In this document: piece by piece, positions 17,163-27,403 of the stretch | Layout: each line of letters starts with the position of its first letter | How positions within the stretch are numbered: the first letter of the stretch is position 1 | The notes under the pieces: model-generated | The model's database searches: none | Told to the model about the DNA's origin: nothing | The model's input: the letters and a program-made list of their open reading frames with translations, nothing else | Source: a virus | Taxonomy: Duplodnaviria > Heunggongvirae > Uroviricota > Caudoviricetes | Length of the DNA stretch: 64,000 nucleotides | Direction: 5' to 3' (one strand) | Virus record (IMG/VR): IMGVR_UViG_3300023371_000005 | Translations under genes and position numbers: made by a program

Positions 17163-18758
17163 TTAGAGTTTTTCGATTAGAGCATCCCGCTCTTCTTCCG
17201 TAGAAGCATTGCGGATTGCCACCAACAAATCTACGGTTCGATAATCCAGGTCAACACCCAGAGCATCTTCGTCAATATTGCGAAGGTCAAACGCAAGACG
17301 CTCGATACCGTATTCGTCCTTTACGAGAAGAACCTCGCCATATTCTTTCTTATAGCAACCATGCTGATAGCAGTAGTTACAGATGGAGATATAGTATCTC
17401 CAATTATCGAATGTTTCTACTCCTGGCATTTGGATGTAGATGTGGCGCATATCAGATTCACTGGTGTGATCATCACAGCACTCACATCTTTCCAACTCAT
17501 TGTAGTAGCAATACTCACAATAGAGTCTTCCATCTCCGCCAGTATAGCACTCTCCACCGGACCATTCGCCGCAGTGAGAGCAATAGAAGTAACCATTACA
17601 ACGGCGGCAACGCACGTCGCAAGGATCAACTTCTTTTGGCTCAATAACCTCTCCGCATCCAGTGCAGATTGCGGGTCCAGACACGTTGAGATAGAACCGA
17701 TCATTCTTGGCGAAATACTCAGGTGCCACATAAGCCAAACGCTGATTATAAATATCATTATACATATAATCCATATTCAGACTTACATAAACCCGGTTAC
17801 CGCCAAAGACATTATTCTTGAAATTCTCAATCTGGCAAGTCTCTTCTGCGTAGGGGCCATAAGGCTTACAAGGAGTCATCAGCTCCCGCAACCACTTGAT
17901 AGTAGTTCCCTGGAGGACGTCGCTGTTATAAGGATATTGGCGATTACCAAGAATCATTTCCGGAGAAACCACATACAACTGGCGCCAACGCTTGTTGTTC
18001 CAGGTATCTCCGTTATATTCCAAAGACATAGGTTCCTTAGCTTCCACATAGGCGATAACAACGCAGGGAGAGTTCATCATTTCGATGGTTCCCAGTCGAT
18101 AATCGCCCGGCTCATCCATCCAGCTCATACAGGAACCCCAGTTAGAAGCATTATCGCTCATGGTCAAAAAGTCCAGAGGATGAATACTCAAACACAGATT
18201 ACCTCTAATCTGCTTCTGGTTCAGAACCTGGGAGTGAGCCTGTCGGAAAGCCTCATAGTGCTCAGCGCAGTTAAGAGCTTCGGCAATCTTACCAAGCATC
18301 TTACTGGCCTTACAGTTCTGGTTGACCTGCAAGGGGCGACCAGTCACGGTAAAAATTGCCGGAATGGTAATAGCAGGTCCGTCATAAATATTTTTTACCA
18401 GCATCGCGTAGTCATCTACGAAACGCTTCATGTTGTAATATTCATCGGTATAGGGAGGAAATACTGTCCTTATACGATTCTTGAATTCATTTCGGAAGAG
18501 AGCAGCAACAGGACAGCCATAGCGCAGAGTGTCTTCCATCTCTTCTTCCATGTCTTCACAAGGCTTATCAAAACAAACAGCCTTTTTGATGATAAAGTTT
18601 TCACCAAAAGCCTCGTAGAAAGGCTGTTTAGCAGTATCCCAATAACGAAGGAAATAGTTCATTTCCTCACGGGGGAGAGGGCTTCCTCCGCTATAAAGAT
18701 CCAGGTATTTCCACAGCGTGTCAACATCAACAGTTGGCAACTTATCATACAAACTCAT
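17163..18758 (-). CDS. Hypothetical protein, HPLDFL...W.SC family, CxxC array
   Basis: 531 aa; LSIHPLDFLTMSDN..WGSC, GDYRLG. Confidence 0.75.
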   Translation of the reverse strand: MSLYDKLPTVDVDTLWKYLDLYSGGSPLPREEMNYFLRYWDTAKQPFYEAFGENFIIKKAVCFDKPCEDMEEEMEDTLRYGCPVAALFRNEFKNRIRTVFPPYTDEYYNMKRFVDDYAMLVKNIYDGPAITIPAIFTVTGRPLQVNQNCKASKMLGKIAEALNCAEHYEAFRQAHSQVLNQKQIRGNLCLSIHPLDFLTMSDNASNWGSCMSWMDEPGDYRLGTIEMMNSPCVVIAYVEAKEPMSLEYNGDTWNNKRWRQLYVVSPEMILGNRQYPYNSDVLQGTTIKWLRELMTPCKPYGPYAEETCQIENFKNNVFGGNRVYVSLNMDYMYNDIYNQRLAYVAPEYFAKNDRFYLNVSGPAICTGCGEVIEPKEVDPCDVRCRRCNGYFYCSHCGEWSGGECYTGGDGRLYCEYCYYNELERCECCDDHTSESDMRHIYIQMPGVETFDNWRYYISICNYCYQHGCYKKEYGEVLLVKDEYGIERLAFDLRNIDEDALGVDLDYRTVDLLVAIRNASTEEERDALIEKL

Positions 18759-18858
18759 TTGCTTTTTACCTCTTTTTCATATCTTGTATATATATTATAC
18801 AAAATATTTTATAAAAAATCAAGTAAGCTCCTCTGCTCCAAGCAGAGGAGCCTTATGA

Positions 18859-20040
18859 TTAGTTATGGTTGCCGCAGTTACCACCGCAGTTGCACTCATG
18901 TGCGGGTGCGGGATTGAAGGCGCCCATCATCATGGCCAGAGCCATGGGATCAACGTTCTCCTTGCCCATCAGACAGTAGAACATCATGGGGTTCATGGTA
19001 TTCATGCCGCCGTTAGCCATCACCATGAAGGGCAGCAGCTCCTTCATGTCGTTGTTCTCATCGCCCAGGGCCATCAACATCCACATATTACCAAAGGGGT
19101 TCTCGGCAGTTGCCTCACCGCTGAACATACCGCCCAGCAGGTTGATAACCTTGGTGGCGAAGTGGAAACCGAAGGGGGAACGGGTCAGCATGATCTCCTT
19201 GCGCTCACCGACCACAGGGTCGACCGCAAACAGAGCCTTCTTATCTTCGGAAATGCCCACAACGAACATGGGAACATTCTGGTGGACAATGGTATCGCCG
19301 ATAGCGATGTCCTTGATAGCGACAGGCATCTTCCAGATGTACTTGGCGCCGTCGAAGTTCAGAACGTCAACGTCGACGATCTCATCATTTTTGGCATCGT
19401 AGGACACGAAAGTGCCGGTCTTATTCTTGATGGCCAGGCCATACATGGACATTCTCACAACAGCGGGATTGACAGGACCGAAATCAAAATTGAAACCCTT
19501 CATAGTAGTATTCTCCTTTTTATCTTCTTCGTTTGTATTGATTTTACTTTCCAGAGCGGCGACACGCTCTTCAATGTGATTGACGGCGGAAATGTCCGCC
19601 TTGGTGTTTAAGCCCATGATTTCCACAGTGGGCTCGGTGTGGTCGGAAGCAATGATACCGACCTTGGCTTCACTCAAAGCCTTTTTCATGTCTCCTTCAA
19701 ACGCGCCCCTTATTACTTCGTCGCGCCAGTTGGGGGCAGGGTAATAGGAGGAGTAGTATCCATCTTCGTATCTTTCCCAGTCCATACAGTAATCATCCAT
19801 CATAAATTGTCCGAAACTATTGTCGTCGGCCTCAAAGTGATGAACCGTATTACCTAGGATAATATCGACACCCCAATTGTCCCACTCAACGAGAACATCC
19901 TTGACGGGCTCGGAGGGATGTGTCATTTGTCGCCACATATTATATGGCATCTTCTGCAGAACTTTTTCATCGACGAGCTTGGAGAAGTCACCCATGATGA
20001 TCTGCAGTTCGTGAAAAGTCAATTCATATGACCTTACCAT
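18859..20040 (-). CDS. Hypothetical protein with Met-rich C-terminus
   Basis: 393 aa, followed by terminator 18825-18853. Confidence 0.75.
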   Translation of the reverse strand: MVRSYELTFHELQIIMGDFSKLVDEKVLQKMPYNMWRQMTHPSEPVKDVLVEWDNWGVDIILGNTVHHFEADDNSFGQFMMDDYCMDWERYEDGYYSSYYPAPNWRDEVIRGAFEGDMKKALSEAKVGIIASDHTEPTVEIMGLNTKADISAVNHIEERVAALESKINTNEEDKKENTTMKGFNFDFGPVNPAVVRMSMYGLAIKNKTGTFVSYDAKNDEIVDVDVLNFDGAKYIWKMPVAIKDIAIGDTIVHQNVPMFVVGISEDKKALFAVDPVVGERKEIMLTRSPFGFHFATKVINLLGGMFSGEATAENPFGNMWMLMALGDENNDMKELLPFMVMANGGMNTMNPMMFYCLMGKENVDPMALAMMMGAFNPAPAHECNCGGNCGNHN

Positions 20041-20324
20041 CTCTTTGCGACCTCTTTCTCAATATATTCTATCTCTGCATCAGTCAAGCAATCGAGAGAA
20101 TAACCAAAAATCTGCCGAGCGAGACTACGCTGAACCTCGTAATCATTAGGATCAGGGCATGCCGCCAGGGCATTGATATAATCTTCAATCTCTTGCTGAT
20201 GAAAAGCATACGCAGAAAAAGCGACATTTGTCACTTTGTTACGATGATCGGGTGCCCATAAATCATACGGGCAATCATCTCTTACACAGGGGTTATCCCC
20301 GCAAGTCCAACTCATACACGCCAC
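20034..20324 (-). CDS. Hypothetical protein
   Basis: Overlapping operon packing. Confidence 0.65.
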   Translation of the reverse strand: MACMSWTCGDNPCVRDDCPYDLWAPDHRNKVTNVAFSAYAFHQQEIEDYINALAACPDPNDYEVQRSLARQIFGYSLDCLTDAEIEYIEKEVAKRW

Positions 20325-20623
20325 CTCGTCTGACTAGATTCCCACAGAAGATCAAAGGCTTCTGCATAAGTGTATCCCTCTGGAGCGATAGCAAAACCGC
20401 CGACATAGCCAAACAGCCAATCTACCAGAGCATCGTCCAGCTTTTCAGCGGGGCCGACATAATCGATCAGGCAGAAACCCCGGATATCGTAAGTCTCGGT
20501 ATGAGGCTTACCCAGCTTTTCCAGAAGGAAGCGGGCATTCTCAAAGGTCTCGCCCTCTTCAGTGGCGAACATAGAATCATGGTTGTCATCATCCAGGGCC
20601 AGAACACGAATTACCTTATCCAT
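20312..20623 (-). CDS. Hypothetical protein
   Basis: AGGAGG RBS. Confidence 0.7.
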   Translation of the reverse strand: MDKVIRVLALDDDNHDSMFATEEGETFENARFLLEKLGKPHTETYDIRGFCLIDYVGPAEKLDDALVDWLFGYVGGFAIAPEGYTYAEAFDLLWESSQTRWRV

Positions 20624-20633
20624 AATTTCCTCC

Positions 20634-20915
20634 TTAGCGATAAAAGTCGGCGGGCTTCAGTCCGTTGCAGAAGTAATCCATCAGATCCAGAGTGTTACTG
20701 TAATCACACTCGCCGCACTCGATATCAATATCCAGGCAGGCGGTAGGAAACTCCTTTTTCAGCTCATTGAATGCATTGCACAGAGTGGCAACCAATTCAT
20801 TGTAGCGAGCCTCCTTACGAGCATTACGCTCTTTGACGATTGCGGCTTCCATCTTCTGGAGCTCTTCAAAAGTCAGACCGGAAAAATCGTATTCCATAGT
20901 ATCAATTCCTTTCAA
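20634..20915 (-). CDS. Hypothetical protein
   Basis: Conserved GAAAGGAATTGATACTATG leader inside the ORF start. Confidence 0.7.
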   Translation of the reverse strand: MKGIDTMEYDFSGLTFEELQKMEAAIVKERNARKEARYNELVATLCNAFNELKKEFPTACLDIDIECGECDYSNTLDLMDYFCNGLKPADFYR

Positions 20916-21141
20916 AGTGAGTACAAGGTGGATTCACGCACCACCTCTTGAATTCTCGCGGCTAACCTCCCTAATTTCTGTGGCGCTACGGTTGCCTTAG
21001 CGCGGGGACGATGCCCCAGGGTTTTCACCCCTCTACAGCTCATTACAGCGTGTAGTAGGCCGGGTTTTGAAGTTTTTCCTTACTTGTAAGGTTTTCTTCC
21101 TTTACCTTACATATATATTATATCATATTTTTTTTGAAAAA

Positions 21142-22308
21142 TCAATTAGCGACCGTATTGCTGCGAATATGGCTTGCTGCGACGGCCGCAGCATCCCTCA
21201 GTTCAACATACATCTTCCGCAGGTTGTTGTATTCCTCTTCATTTGCCTTGAGCTGGCGCTGCAGGATATCGACATCAGATTCCAGTCGACGAGTCTGGTC
21301 TTCCCAATACTCGGCATTGGCATGGTTGCTGGCAGACTGCTCATATAGAGCATCGTAAGAGTTCTTCATTCTCTTGGCTTCTTCCTCAGCCGCCAGAGCT
21401 TCATGATGGAACTGCTTTGCCAGGTCGACATTGTCAGAAGCGATGCGCTTCCAACGCTCTACCTCTTCCTGCAGGCTCTGAATTACGGCTTCGTAATTGA
21501 TGATGGTGCTCTTCTGATCATTGGCCACCTGAGCCCACTCTTCATTCTTATTTCGCAGCCACTCAACCTGCTTTTCCAGTTCGTCGATTCGACAGTCACG
21601 CTCCATCAGTTCCAGATGCAGGTCTTCGGCTTCGGTTCGAGCAGTGTCTCGTTCATTGCGAGCATTCACCACCATATCAGCCAGTTCGGAAGTGGCGCGG
21701 ACGGCGATGTCATTGGTCTTATCCTTCTCAGCCATGCGAGCGCGCAGACGCTCATTTTCAGCGATGGTGATATTCCGATCAGTCTTCAGCTCCTGGATTT
21801 CAGTAGCCATCTCGGCAATGGTGCGGTTGGCTTCATCAACTTCCTGACCCAGGTCTTCACGGAACTCCTGCAGATTGGCGATGGTTTGCTTAGCAGTATC
21901 CAGCTCATATGCAGCATCTTCAGCTCGCTTTTCCGCACGGTCAACCTGCATCCGCAGACCACGGTTTTCGCGCTGAAGCTCTTCAATCTGCTTGTGGAGC
22001 ATATCCCAGCCCATCTCACGCAGAGTTGCGTTCTTCTTGGCGATTACCAGAGCATCTTCTGCATCCTTGCGAGTGGTTTCACTGGCCTCGATCTGGTCAT
22101 TCAGCTCCTGAATCAGAGCTGCTTGCTGATCTCGTTTGGTAATCAGGTCCAGAATCTTGCCCTGATCTTCAGCGTGCCAGCCTCTATACAGAGCCAGGTC
22201 ATGGCGCATATCTTCCATTTCTTTCAGCATGGAAGAATACTTGTCAGCGGTCAGCATCACAGTAGGCTTCTTAAAATTTACTTTTACCTTCATTGAGTGT
22301 TCCTCCAT
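21142..22308 (-). CDS. Long coiled-coil protein
   Basis: 388 aa, E/K/Q/A/L heptad-rich; own promoter at about 22.35 kb. Confidence 0.75.
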   Translation of the reverse strand: MEEHSMKVKVNFKKPTVMLTADKYSSMLKEMEDMRHDLALYRGWHAEDQGKILDLITKRDQQAALIQELNDQIEASETTRKDAEDALVIAKKNATLREMGWDMLHKQIEELQRENRGLRMQVDRAEKRAEDAAYELDTAKQTIANLQEFREDLGQEVDEANRTIAEMATEIQELKTDRNITIAENERLRARMAEKDKTNDIAVRATSELADMVVNARNERDTARTEAEDLHLELMERDCRIDELEKQVEWLRNKNEEWAQVANDQKSTIINYEAVIQSLQEEVERWKRIASDNVDLAKQFHHEALAAEEEAKRMKNSYDALYEQSASNHANAEYWEDQTRRLESDVDILQRQLKANEEEYNNLRKMYVELRDAAAVAASHIRSNTVAN

Positions 22309-22422
22309 AACTTTGTTTCATTTCTCTCTCAACCTTACATATATATTATATCATATTTTTTTATAAAAATCAAAAAAGCCTCTCTGCGCTAGGAGGCTTC
22401 TTATTATAACGATAATCAGATA

Positions 22423-22806
22423 TTATTCTTTCTTTCCGATTAGCTCTTCACGCACACCATATTCCAGCAGACGAACTGCTCGTTTATGTGCTGCAATAAG
22501 CTCGTCCGCAGGCCTGCCACTCAGATCTTCCACAATCTGACGCAGGATAGCATTTTCGCTCTTGGCTTCGATCGCGGCGTTCATGAACTTATTACTTTCC
22601 GCGGTAATGCGGAGAGCCGCAGCTTCTTTTTCTCGATGAATCATATTCTGATCATCCAGCTGCTTCTGGAGTTCTTTATTCTTTTTATCGGACTCCAGCC
22701 AGCTGTGGCGGTAATGAGAAACGTCCTGTTCAGCTTCATCCAGATCACAGACATATTGGGCAATTTCTCGCTCATGACGAGCCTTGGTCATAAAAAACAT
22801 ATTCAC
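22423..22806 (-). CDS. Hypothetical coiled-coil protein
   Basis: AGGAG RBS. Confidence 0.7.
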   Translation of the reverse strand: MNMFFMTKARHEREIAQYVCDLDEAEQDVSHYRHSWLESDKKNKELQKQLDDQNMIHREKEAAALRITAESNKFMNAAIEAKSENAILRQIVEDLSGRPADELIAAHKRAVRLLEYGVREELIGKKE

Positions 22807-22812
22807 TCCTCC

Positions 22813-23241
22813 TTACAGATGATCCAGCTCTTCCAGATACTCGGCCTCAGAGATTTCTACAATCTCACAGCCGCACTCCTGGTAGTACATTTCTTCATAC
22901 TCTTCTTCGTCTTCGTAGCCGAAGGTTTCATAGTCAGCCGGGTCGAACCATTCGGCAGCGCAGTCAGCCATCAGATCGTCGGGTAAGCCGGAAGCGAGAA
23001 CCTCATGTTCGCTCTCACCCTTGGCGACCGCAGTCAGCTCCTCACCACAGTAAGGAGTATAAGCACGTAAACGGAAATACTTCATTTTCTTTTCCTCCTT
23101 CTTAGGAGCCCACATAGCTTGGACTGCCTTTTCAATAGCTTCTTTCATTTCTTCAGAGAGGGGAGGTTTTCCCATTCCCACAATAATCACAGGCCCATGA
23201 AAACTCATTCCTCTACCTCCACGATAAAGTCCAGGCCGCAA
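22813..23241 (-). CDS. Hypothetical acidic protein (internal start at 23085 possible)
   Basis: AGGAGG precedes the internal ATG. Confidence 0.6.
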   Translation of the reverse strand: MRPGLYRGGRGMSFHGPVIIVGMGKPPLSEEMKEAIEKAVQAMWAPKKEEKKMKYFRLRAYTPYCGEELTAVAKGESEHEVLASGLPDDLMADCAAEWFDPADYETFGYEDEEEYEEMYYQECGCEIVEISEAEYLEELDHL

Positions 23242-23486
23242 TCATCACACCAGAACTCAGCTTCATTGCCGAAGCCACTCAGCAGGATACAGGTCTTGCC
23301 GCACTCGGGACAGTTGGCATAGGGCGGATATTGGCGCACTTCACCCAGGTCCTGAATATGGATACTGTCCAACAGGAAACCCCAGTCCTGCAAGAAACTC
23401 AGAAGTTCTTGCTGACCTTTATCCAGGTCCATGGTGACTTCGCGTTCACCATCTTCATTGTAAAACCCGAAGCATCTCTTAGCCAT
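23205..23486 (-). CDS. Small Zn-ribbon protein
   Basis: CPECG...CDDC; promoter at about 23.54 kb. Confidence 0.7.
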   Translation of the reverse strand: MAKRCFGFYNEDGEREVTMDLDKGQQELLSFLQDWGFLLDSIHIQDLGEVRQYPPYANCPECGKTCILLSGFGNEAEFWCDDCGLDFIVEVEE

Positions 23487-23593
23487 AACTTTTACCAGCC
23501 CTTTCCTCTCTCTTTATCTTACATAAATATTATATCATATTTTTTTATAAAAATCAAAAAACCTCCTGTGAACCAGGAGGTTTGATAATTGTG

Positions 23594-23779
23594 TTATTTG
23601 ATTGATCCAATCGTGATGGCGGTCGCGCAACCAAGAGGGCAAAGGATAATGCACAGGATCATAACATCCCAAGCACATTCCAACAGAGCAATGAAAATGC
23701 CTATGCCGCAAACGCAGGCTATTACAATGCTTAGAATGAAGATGAAATTGAGAATCAGACGGGCAAAGAATTCTTTCAT
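23594..23779 (-). CDS. Small membrane protein
   Basis: Two hydrophobic segments. Confidence 0.65.
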   Translation of the reverse strand: MKEFFARLILNFIFILSIVIACVCGIGIFIALLECAWDVMILCIILCPLGCATAITIGSIK

Positions 23780-23827
23780 TAGTTGATTTTCCTTTCTTAT
23801 TTTTGTATAATTTATTTAGAAAAGAAA

Positions 23828-24199
23828 TCAATCGCAGAAGCAATCTGCGTCGTCATCATCATATATGCCATCTTCATCTTCTTCATCAAGGAGGACACCA
23901 TCATGAACGGGAATTACCTTATAAGTAATCCAACCTTCGACTTCTTCAGTCATGCGATCATCAACATCCTCGGGATCAACCTGTTCGATGTCGCCATCAT
24001 ACAGTTCATCAGCAATTTCCTGGCGCATGGAATCCCAGGTATAAAGGCCATGATAGCCGCCATAGGATTCATACTCTTCCATTGCCAGTTCACGAGCATA
24101 CTGCTCAGCGTCAGCATGATCAATGAACTCATCGGTGCAATGATAGTGAGCACCGCCAAAACCACCGGACAAACCGGCATAAATCTTAAACTTGGGCAT
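23828..24199 (-). CDS. Hypothetical acidic protein
   Basis: Operon packing. Confidence 0.7.
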   Translation of the reverse strand: MPKFKIYAGLSGGFGGAHYHCTDEFIDHADAEQYARELAMEEYESYGGYHGLYTWDSMRQEIADELYDGDIEQVDPEDVDDRMTEEVEGWITYKVIPVHDGVLLDEEDEDGIYDDDDADCFCD

Positions 24200-24560
24200 A
24201 TCTTACATCCTCTCCGACTACAGGGCAGTCACGCCGCACACATTCCACGACTACCTTAGGCCATGTGTCTAATTCAGAACCGTCTTCAAATGCGATGGTC
24301 CAAACGGGACATTCACCGCACCACTGGCAAGGGCGCACAGTGCGGGCGGCAATGCGCTCGATAGTATGGACCGCCGCATAATTACCAGCAAAACCAATGC
24401 CAGCCATCGCCGCAGTTAGTTCGCTCTTGGGCTTATCGTTGAACGCTTTTTTCCATTCTTCAGAGCCGATGCATTTGATCATCTGCTCCATGAACTCATC
24501 TCGATAAACGAGAACCTTATCCTTCTCCATAGAAGTTATCTCCATGCAGAGTGAAGTCAA
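24186..24560 (-). CDS. Hypothetical protein
   Basis: Operon packing, CxxC. Confidence 0.65.
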   Translation of the reverse strand: MTSLCMEITSMEKDKVLVYRDEFMEQMIKCIGSEEWKKAFNDKPKSELTAAMAGIGFAGNYAAVHTIERIAARTVRPCQWCGECPVWTIAFEDGSELDTWPKVVVECVRRDCPVVGEDVRYAQV

Positions 24561-24948
24561 TGGTATTCAGCTTGGCAATATCCTCCGCAGGATAGAACCA
24601 ACCATTCCACTTGCTTTCGGAGGCCGCAATCACTTTTTCGTAGGCTTCGTTATAAGTATTGACCTTGTCGTAATAGTCGTATCGCACATATTCATTATCA
24701 GAATATACAACGGTATTGTAATACAGCATCAGGTCGTCATAACGAACAGTCAGATAATTCAGGTCGCTCTTGGCCGCGGCGTTCAGGGCGATGCAGAAGA
24801 TAGCAAAGATGATTGCGACAACCAATGCACCACTGACGATACCCTTAGCGAGCTTAGTGGGATGAAGCCAAATAGAGATGGCTGCGACAGTCATTACTAC
24901 GATTGCGCCCAGTAGAATAAAAAAAGGAATCATATTCAATCTCTCCAA
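24517..24948 (-). CDS. Membrane protein
   Basis: Two N-terminal TM-like segments. Confidence 0.65.
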   Translation of the reverse strand: MERLNMIPFFILLGAIVVMTVAAISIWLHPTKLAKGIVSGALVVAIIFAIFCIALNAAAKSDLNYLTVRYDDLMLYYNTVVYSDNEYVRYDYYDKVNTYNEAYEKVIAASESKWNGWFYPAEDIAKLNTIDFTLHGDNFYGEG

Positions 24949-25409
24949 TTCGTTTTTTGATTTTTACAACCGCAACCTTCTTGTTTGCGGCAGAATGTAT
25001 TTGTATCCAGACCATCTTCATTGAAGCACTCGCACTTGGCGCAGGTTGCCATGACTCGCTTCGGATTCATGATCTGTGTCTGCATAATCATATTGCCTTG
25101 TCGCACTTCATGCATGATGAATGGTGGCTCTTGGCAGGTATGATCGGTCTGGAAGTAGCAAACATTTGCGCGGGTGCAGGTTTCGCATGGGGTTGCGCTG
25201 AGACAGTTGCGGCAAATGATATGAGTATTGCCATCTTGATCGTAATCAATGATTGGCTGGCTCATGATGATGTTGCCGCAAAGAGCGCATTTAGTTATCG
25301 TGGTTGAGAAGATGGGGCATCCCGGTGTTTCGACCGGCATTTCTCGTCCAAAGACAGGACACTTCCCGTCTTGAAGCGCCTTATAGGCGCACTCGCCGCA
25401 AATTTTCAT
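24936..25409 (-). CDS. Cys-rich protein
   Basis: Many CxxC motifs. Confidence 0.7.
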   Translation of the reverse strand: MKICGECAYKALQDGKCPVFGREMPVETPGCPIFSTTITKCALCGNIIMSQPIIDYDQDGNTHIICRNCLSATPCETCTRANVCYFQTDHTCQEPPFIMHEVRQGNMIMQTQIMNPKRVMATCAKCECFNEDGLDTNTFCRKQEGCGCKNQKTNWRD

Positions 25410-25627
25410 GCTGTCAACATCTCCTTGAAAAATTCCATCTTATCATCGGGGATCTCAAAGTAGGAATCGAATGCTTGAATATCAATGCGCACTGACCCGG
25501 GAAATTCATCTTCAATTTCATGGCAGGCTTCAGCAATAGAATTTGCAAAAGTGAAGCCATTATAGTGTTTTATAACATCTGTCTCGTAGAAATATACTGT
25601 ATAGAGAATCGCGTATGCCTTGCCCAT
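25406..25627 (-). CDS. Hypothetical protein
   Basis: ATGA overlap with the downstream gene. Confidence 0.65.
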   Translation of the reverse strand: MGKAYAILYTVYFYETDVIKHYNGFTFANSIAEACHEIEDEFPGSVRIDIQAFDSYFEIPDDKMEFFKEMLTA

Positions 25628-25830
25628 TACTTTACACCATTCTTTCTGATAGACTCTTCCATCAAATCCATCAAGCGATTGAAATAAATGGAAGCCATAG
25701 TTTCATCGTCAGCCTGATACTTGTTGGTGCTGTCGTCCAGCCAGGTGATAACGATCTTGTCGCCATCAAGACCAATGTCTTTGATGTTTTTGACATTGAT
25801 ACCCCAGTTCTTATTTACTCTTGCAATCAT
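25627..25830 (-). CDS. Hypothetical protein
   Basis: GGAGG RBS. Confidence 0.65.
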   Translation of the reverse strand: MIARVNKNWGINVKNIKDIGLDGDKIVITWLDDSTNKYQADDETMASIYFNRLMDLMEESIRKNGVK

Positions 25831-25833
25831 TGG

Positions 25834-26268
25834 TTATACCTCCTTCCGGCATACTCCGTAGATGTCTACGGGTTCGTTGTCATAGTCGCAGAGGAAACAA
25901 TTCAGAATCTCATCGTAGAAACAATGAGCACAGAGTTCACAACTGCGCTGGTCGTCGGGGATTTTGAGGATACAATCCCGACGAATAATCTTGGCGAGAG
26001 CAGGATCTTGCTTCTTTACATCACTCCAACGCTCCCAGTGATACTCGGGGTTGTCGGTGATGTCGCCGGTAATATCGTAAATGCGGCCTTCGATTTCAGT
26101 TGCGAAGTGATTGGCCACCTGGTCATACATGATGGGGCAGTGGAGCGATCCGAAGCGATGCCGCAGAATAACTGTGAAGTGAAAGCACATTCCATTGGAA
26201 AATGCATTTTCTGCGCCCAAGTCTCGGAACTGCTTGATGAAATCGAGGATCAGTTCTTGTTTAGTCAT
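25834..26268 (-). CDS. Hypothetical protein
   Basis: GGAGG RBS. Confidence 0.7.
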   Translation of the reverse strand: MTKQELILDFIKQFRDLGAENAFSNGMCFHFTVILRHRFGSLHCPIMYDQVANHFATEIEGRIYDITGDITDNPEYHWERWSDVKKQDPALAKIIRRDCILKIPDDQRSCELCAHCFYDEILNCFLCDYDNEPVDIYGVCRKEV

Positions 26269-26273
26269 AACGA

Positions 26274-26525
26274 TTACCTCCGCTGAATACCGGTTTTGAG
26301 GATGGGTAAAGAAGGAGAACGATGGAGAACCCAGTATGCTTCATCCAGTTTCCCTTGGTTTTCCTTAGCAGTGCCGGTGATAGGATAAGTAATGCTCTGG
26401 CCTTTGTATTCGATACTGACGACGGCATACTCGGGATTGATAGCTTCACAGATTTCAATGGATTCAATGAAGTCCATGTTGAAATCCCGTCCCGCAATAC
26501 GAATGAAATTACGATAACGATTCAT
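26274..26525 (-). CDS. Hypothetical protein
   Basis: GGAGG RBS. Confidence 0.7.
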   Translation of the reverse strand: MNRYRNFIRIAGRDFNMDFIESIEICEAINPEYAVVSIEYKGQSITYPITGTAKENQGKLDEAYWVLHRSPSLPILKTGIQRR

Positions 26526-26526
26526 A

Positions 26527-26796
26527 TTAGAAACCTCCTGCGAAATTCAAACAGATGTGATGAAGGTGACGATTTTCGATCCAAGCGAAAGATACGGATG
26601 CGCCGGAATTATCGGGGTAGGGATCAACGATCTCATTCCACTGGAAGAGAGGATCTTCATATTCCAAATTTTCAAAGTATTCTTCAACGACATGAAGGGC
26701 GTCTTTGGTATATTCTTTGGAAGACACAAGATGGTCTACCTGCTCGCAGATGTTATATACTTCATCTTCAATAACAGACGGGGTGAAGCCTACCAT
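26527..26796 (-). CDS. Hypothetical protein
   Basis: GGAGG RBS. Confidence 0.7.
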   Translation of the reverse strand: MVGFTPSVIEDEVYNICEQVDHLVSSKEYTKDALHVVEEYFENLEYEDPLFQWNEIVDPYPDNSGASVSFAWIENRHLHHICLNFAGGF

Positions 26797-27070
26797 AATT
26801 CTTTTACCTCCTGGCGTATTATTCAGTCTTACTCAGTAAGATTTTGTATTACGCTCGGTACACGGAATTTTACTTTTCTGACGGAGCGCATTACCTTTTC
26901 TTTTACTATCTTTTCCTTTACTTTACATATATATTATATCATAAAATTTTTACAAAATCAATTAAGATACAATTAATTAGAATATAAATGTAATACGTTG
27001 TAATACAGTGTAGGACAACGTAATACAATTTTTCTTTCCTAATTTTCAATAATCATACGGAGGTGATTAT

Positions 27071-27208
27071 ATGACCGTTATTACTGTAAGACTTGATGAT
27101 ATTGAAAAGCAATTATTACAGCAATATGCAGAAGATGAAGATCTATCTGTGTCATAGATTATAAGACGTCTAATAAAAGAATTTTTAGACGAGAAAGTTA
27201 GAAACTAA
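27071..27208 (+). CDS. Ribbon-helix-helix (CopG-like) DNA-binding protein (one in-frame TAG)
   Basis: MTVITVRLDD...DLSVS[TAG]IIRRLIKEF; Gln gives the typical SVSQIIR helix; GGAGG RBS. Confidence 0.75.
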
Positions 27209-27223
27209 AAAGGAGCTTGTGAA

Positions 27224-27403
27224 ATGCCAAATTCAAAAGTAAAAATTGTATACTCTTTAAGAATCCATATTGGTTTACAACAATTAGGATTTTCTTATAT
27301 AACAGAAATGAAGAATCCCAAGAATCCGCATCTGAATTGTTGGGTGTATCAAGAGACTCCCGCACTTCTGAAAGCGTTTGACTCCTTGGTAAAGGAGGGG
27401 TAA
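27224..27403 (+). CDS. 59-aa hypothetical protein
   Basis: AGGAG RBS; stop abuts the next start. Confidence 0.65.
   Translation: MPNSKVKIVYSLRIHIGLQQLGFSYITEMKNPKNPHLNCWVYQETPALLKAFDSLVKEG

Noticed and set aside
17361-22296. Long plus-strand ORFs (17361-18917, 18865-19611, 21403-22296)
   Set aside because: Antisense shadows of codon-biased minus-strand genes, with no RBS or promoter
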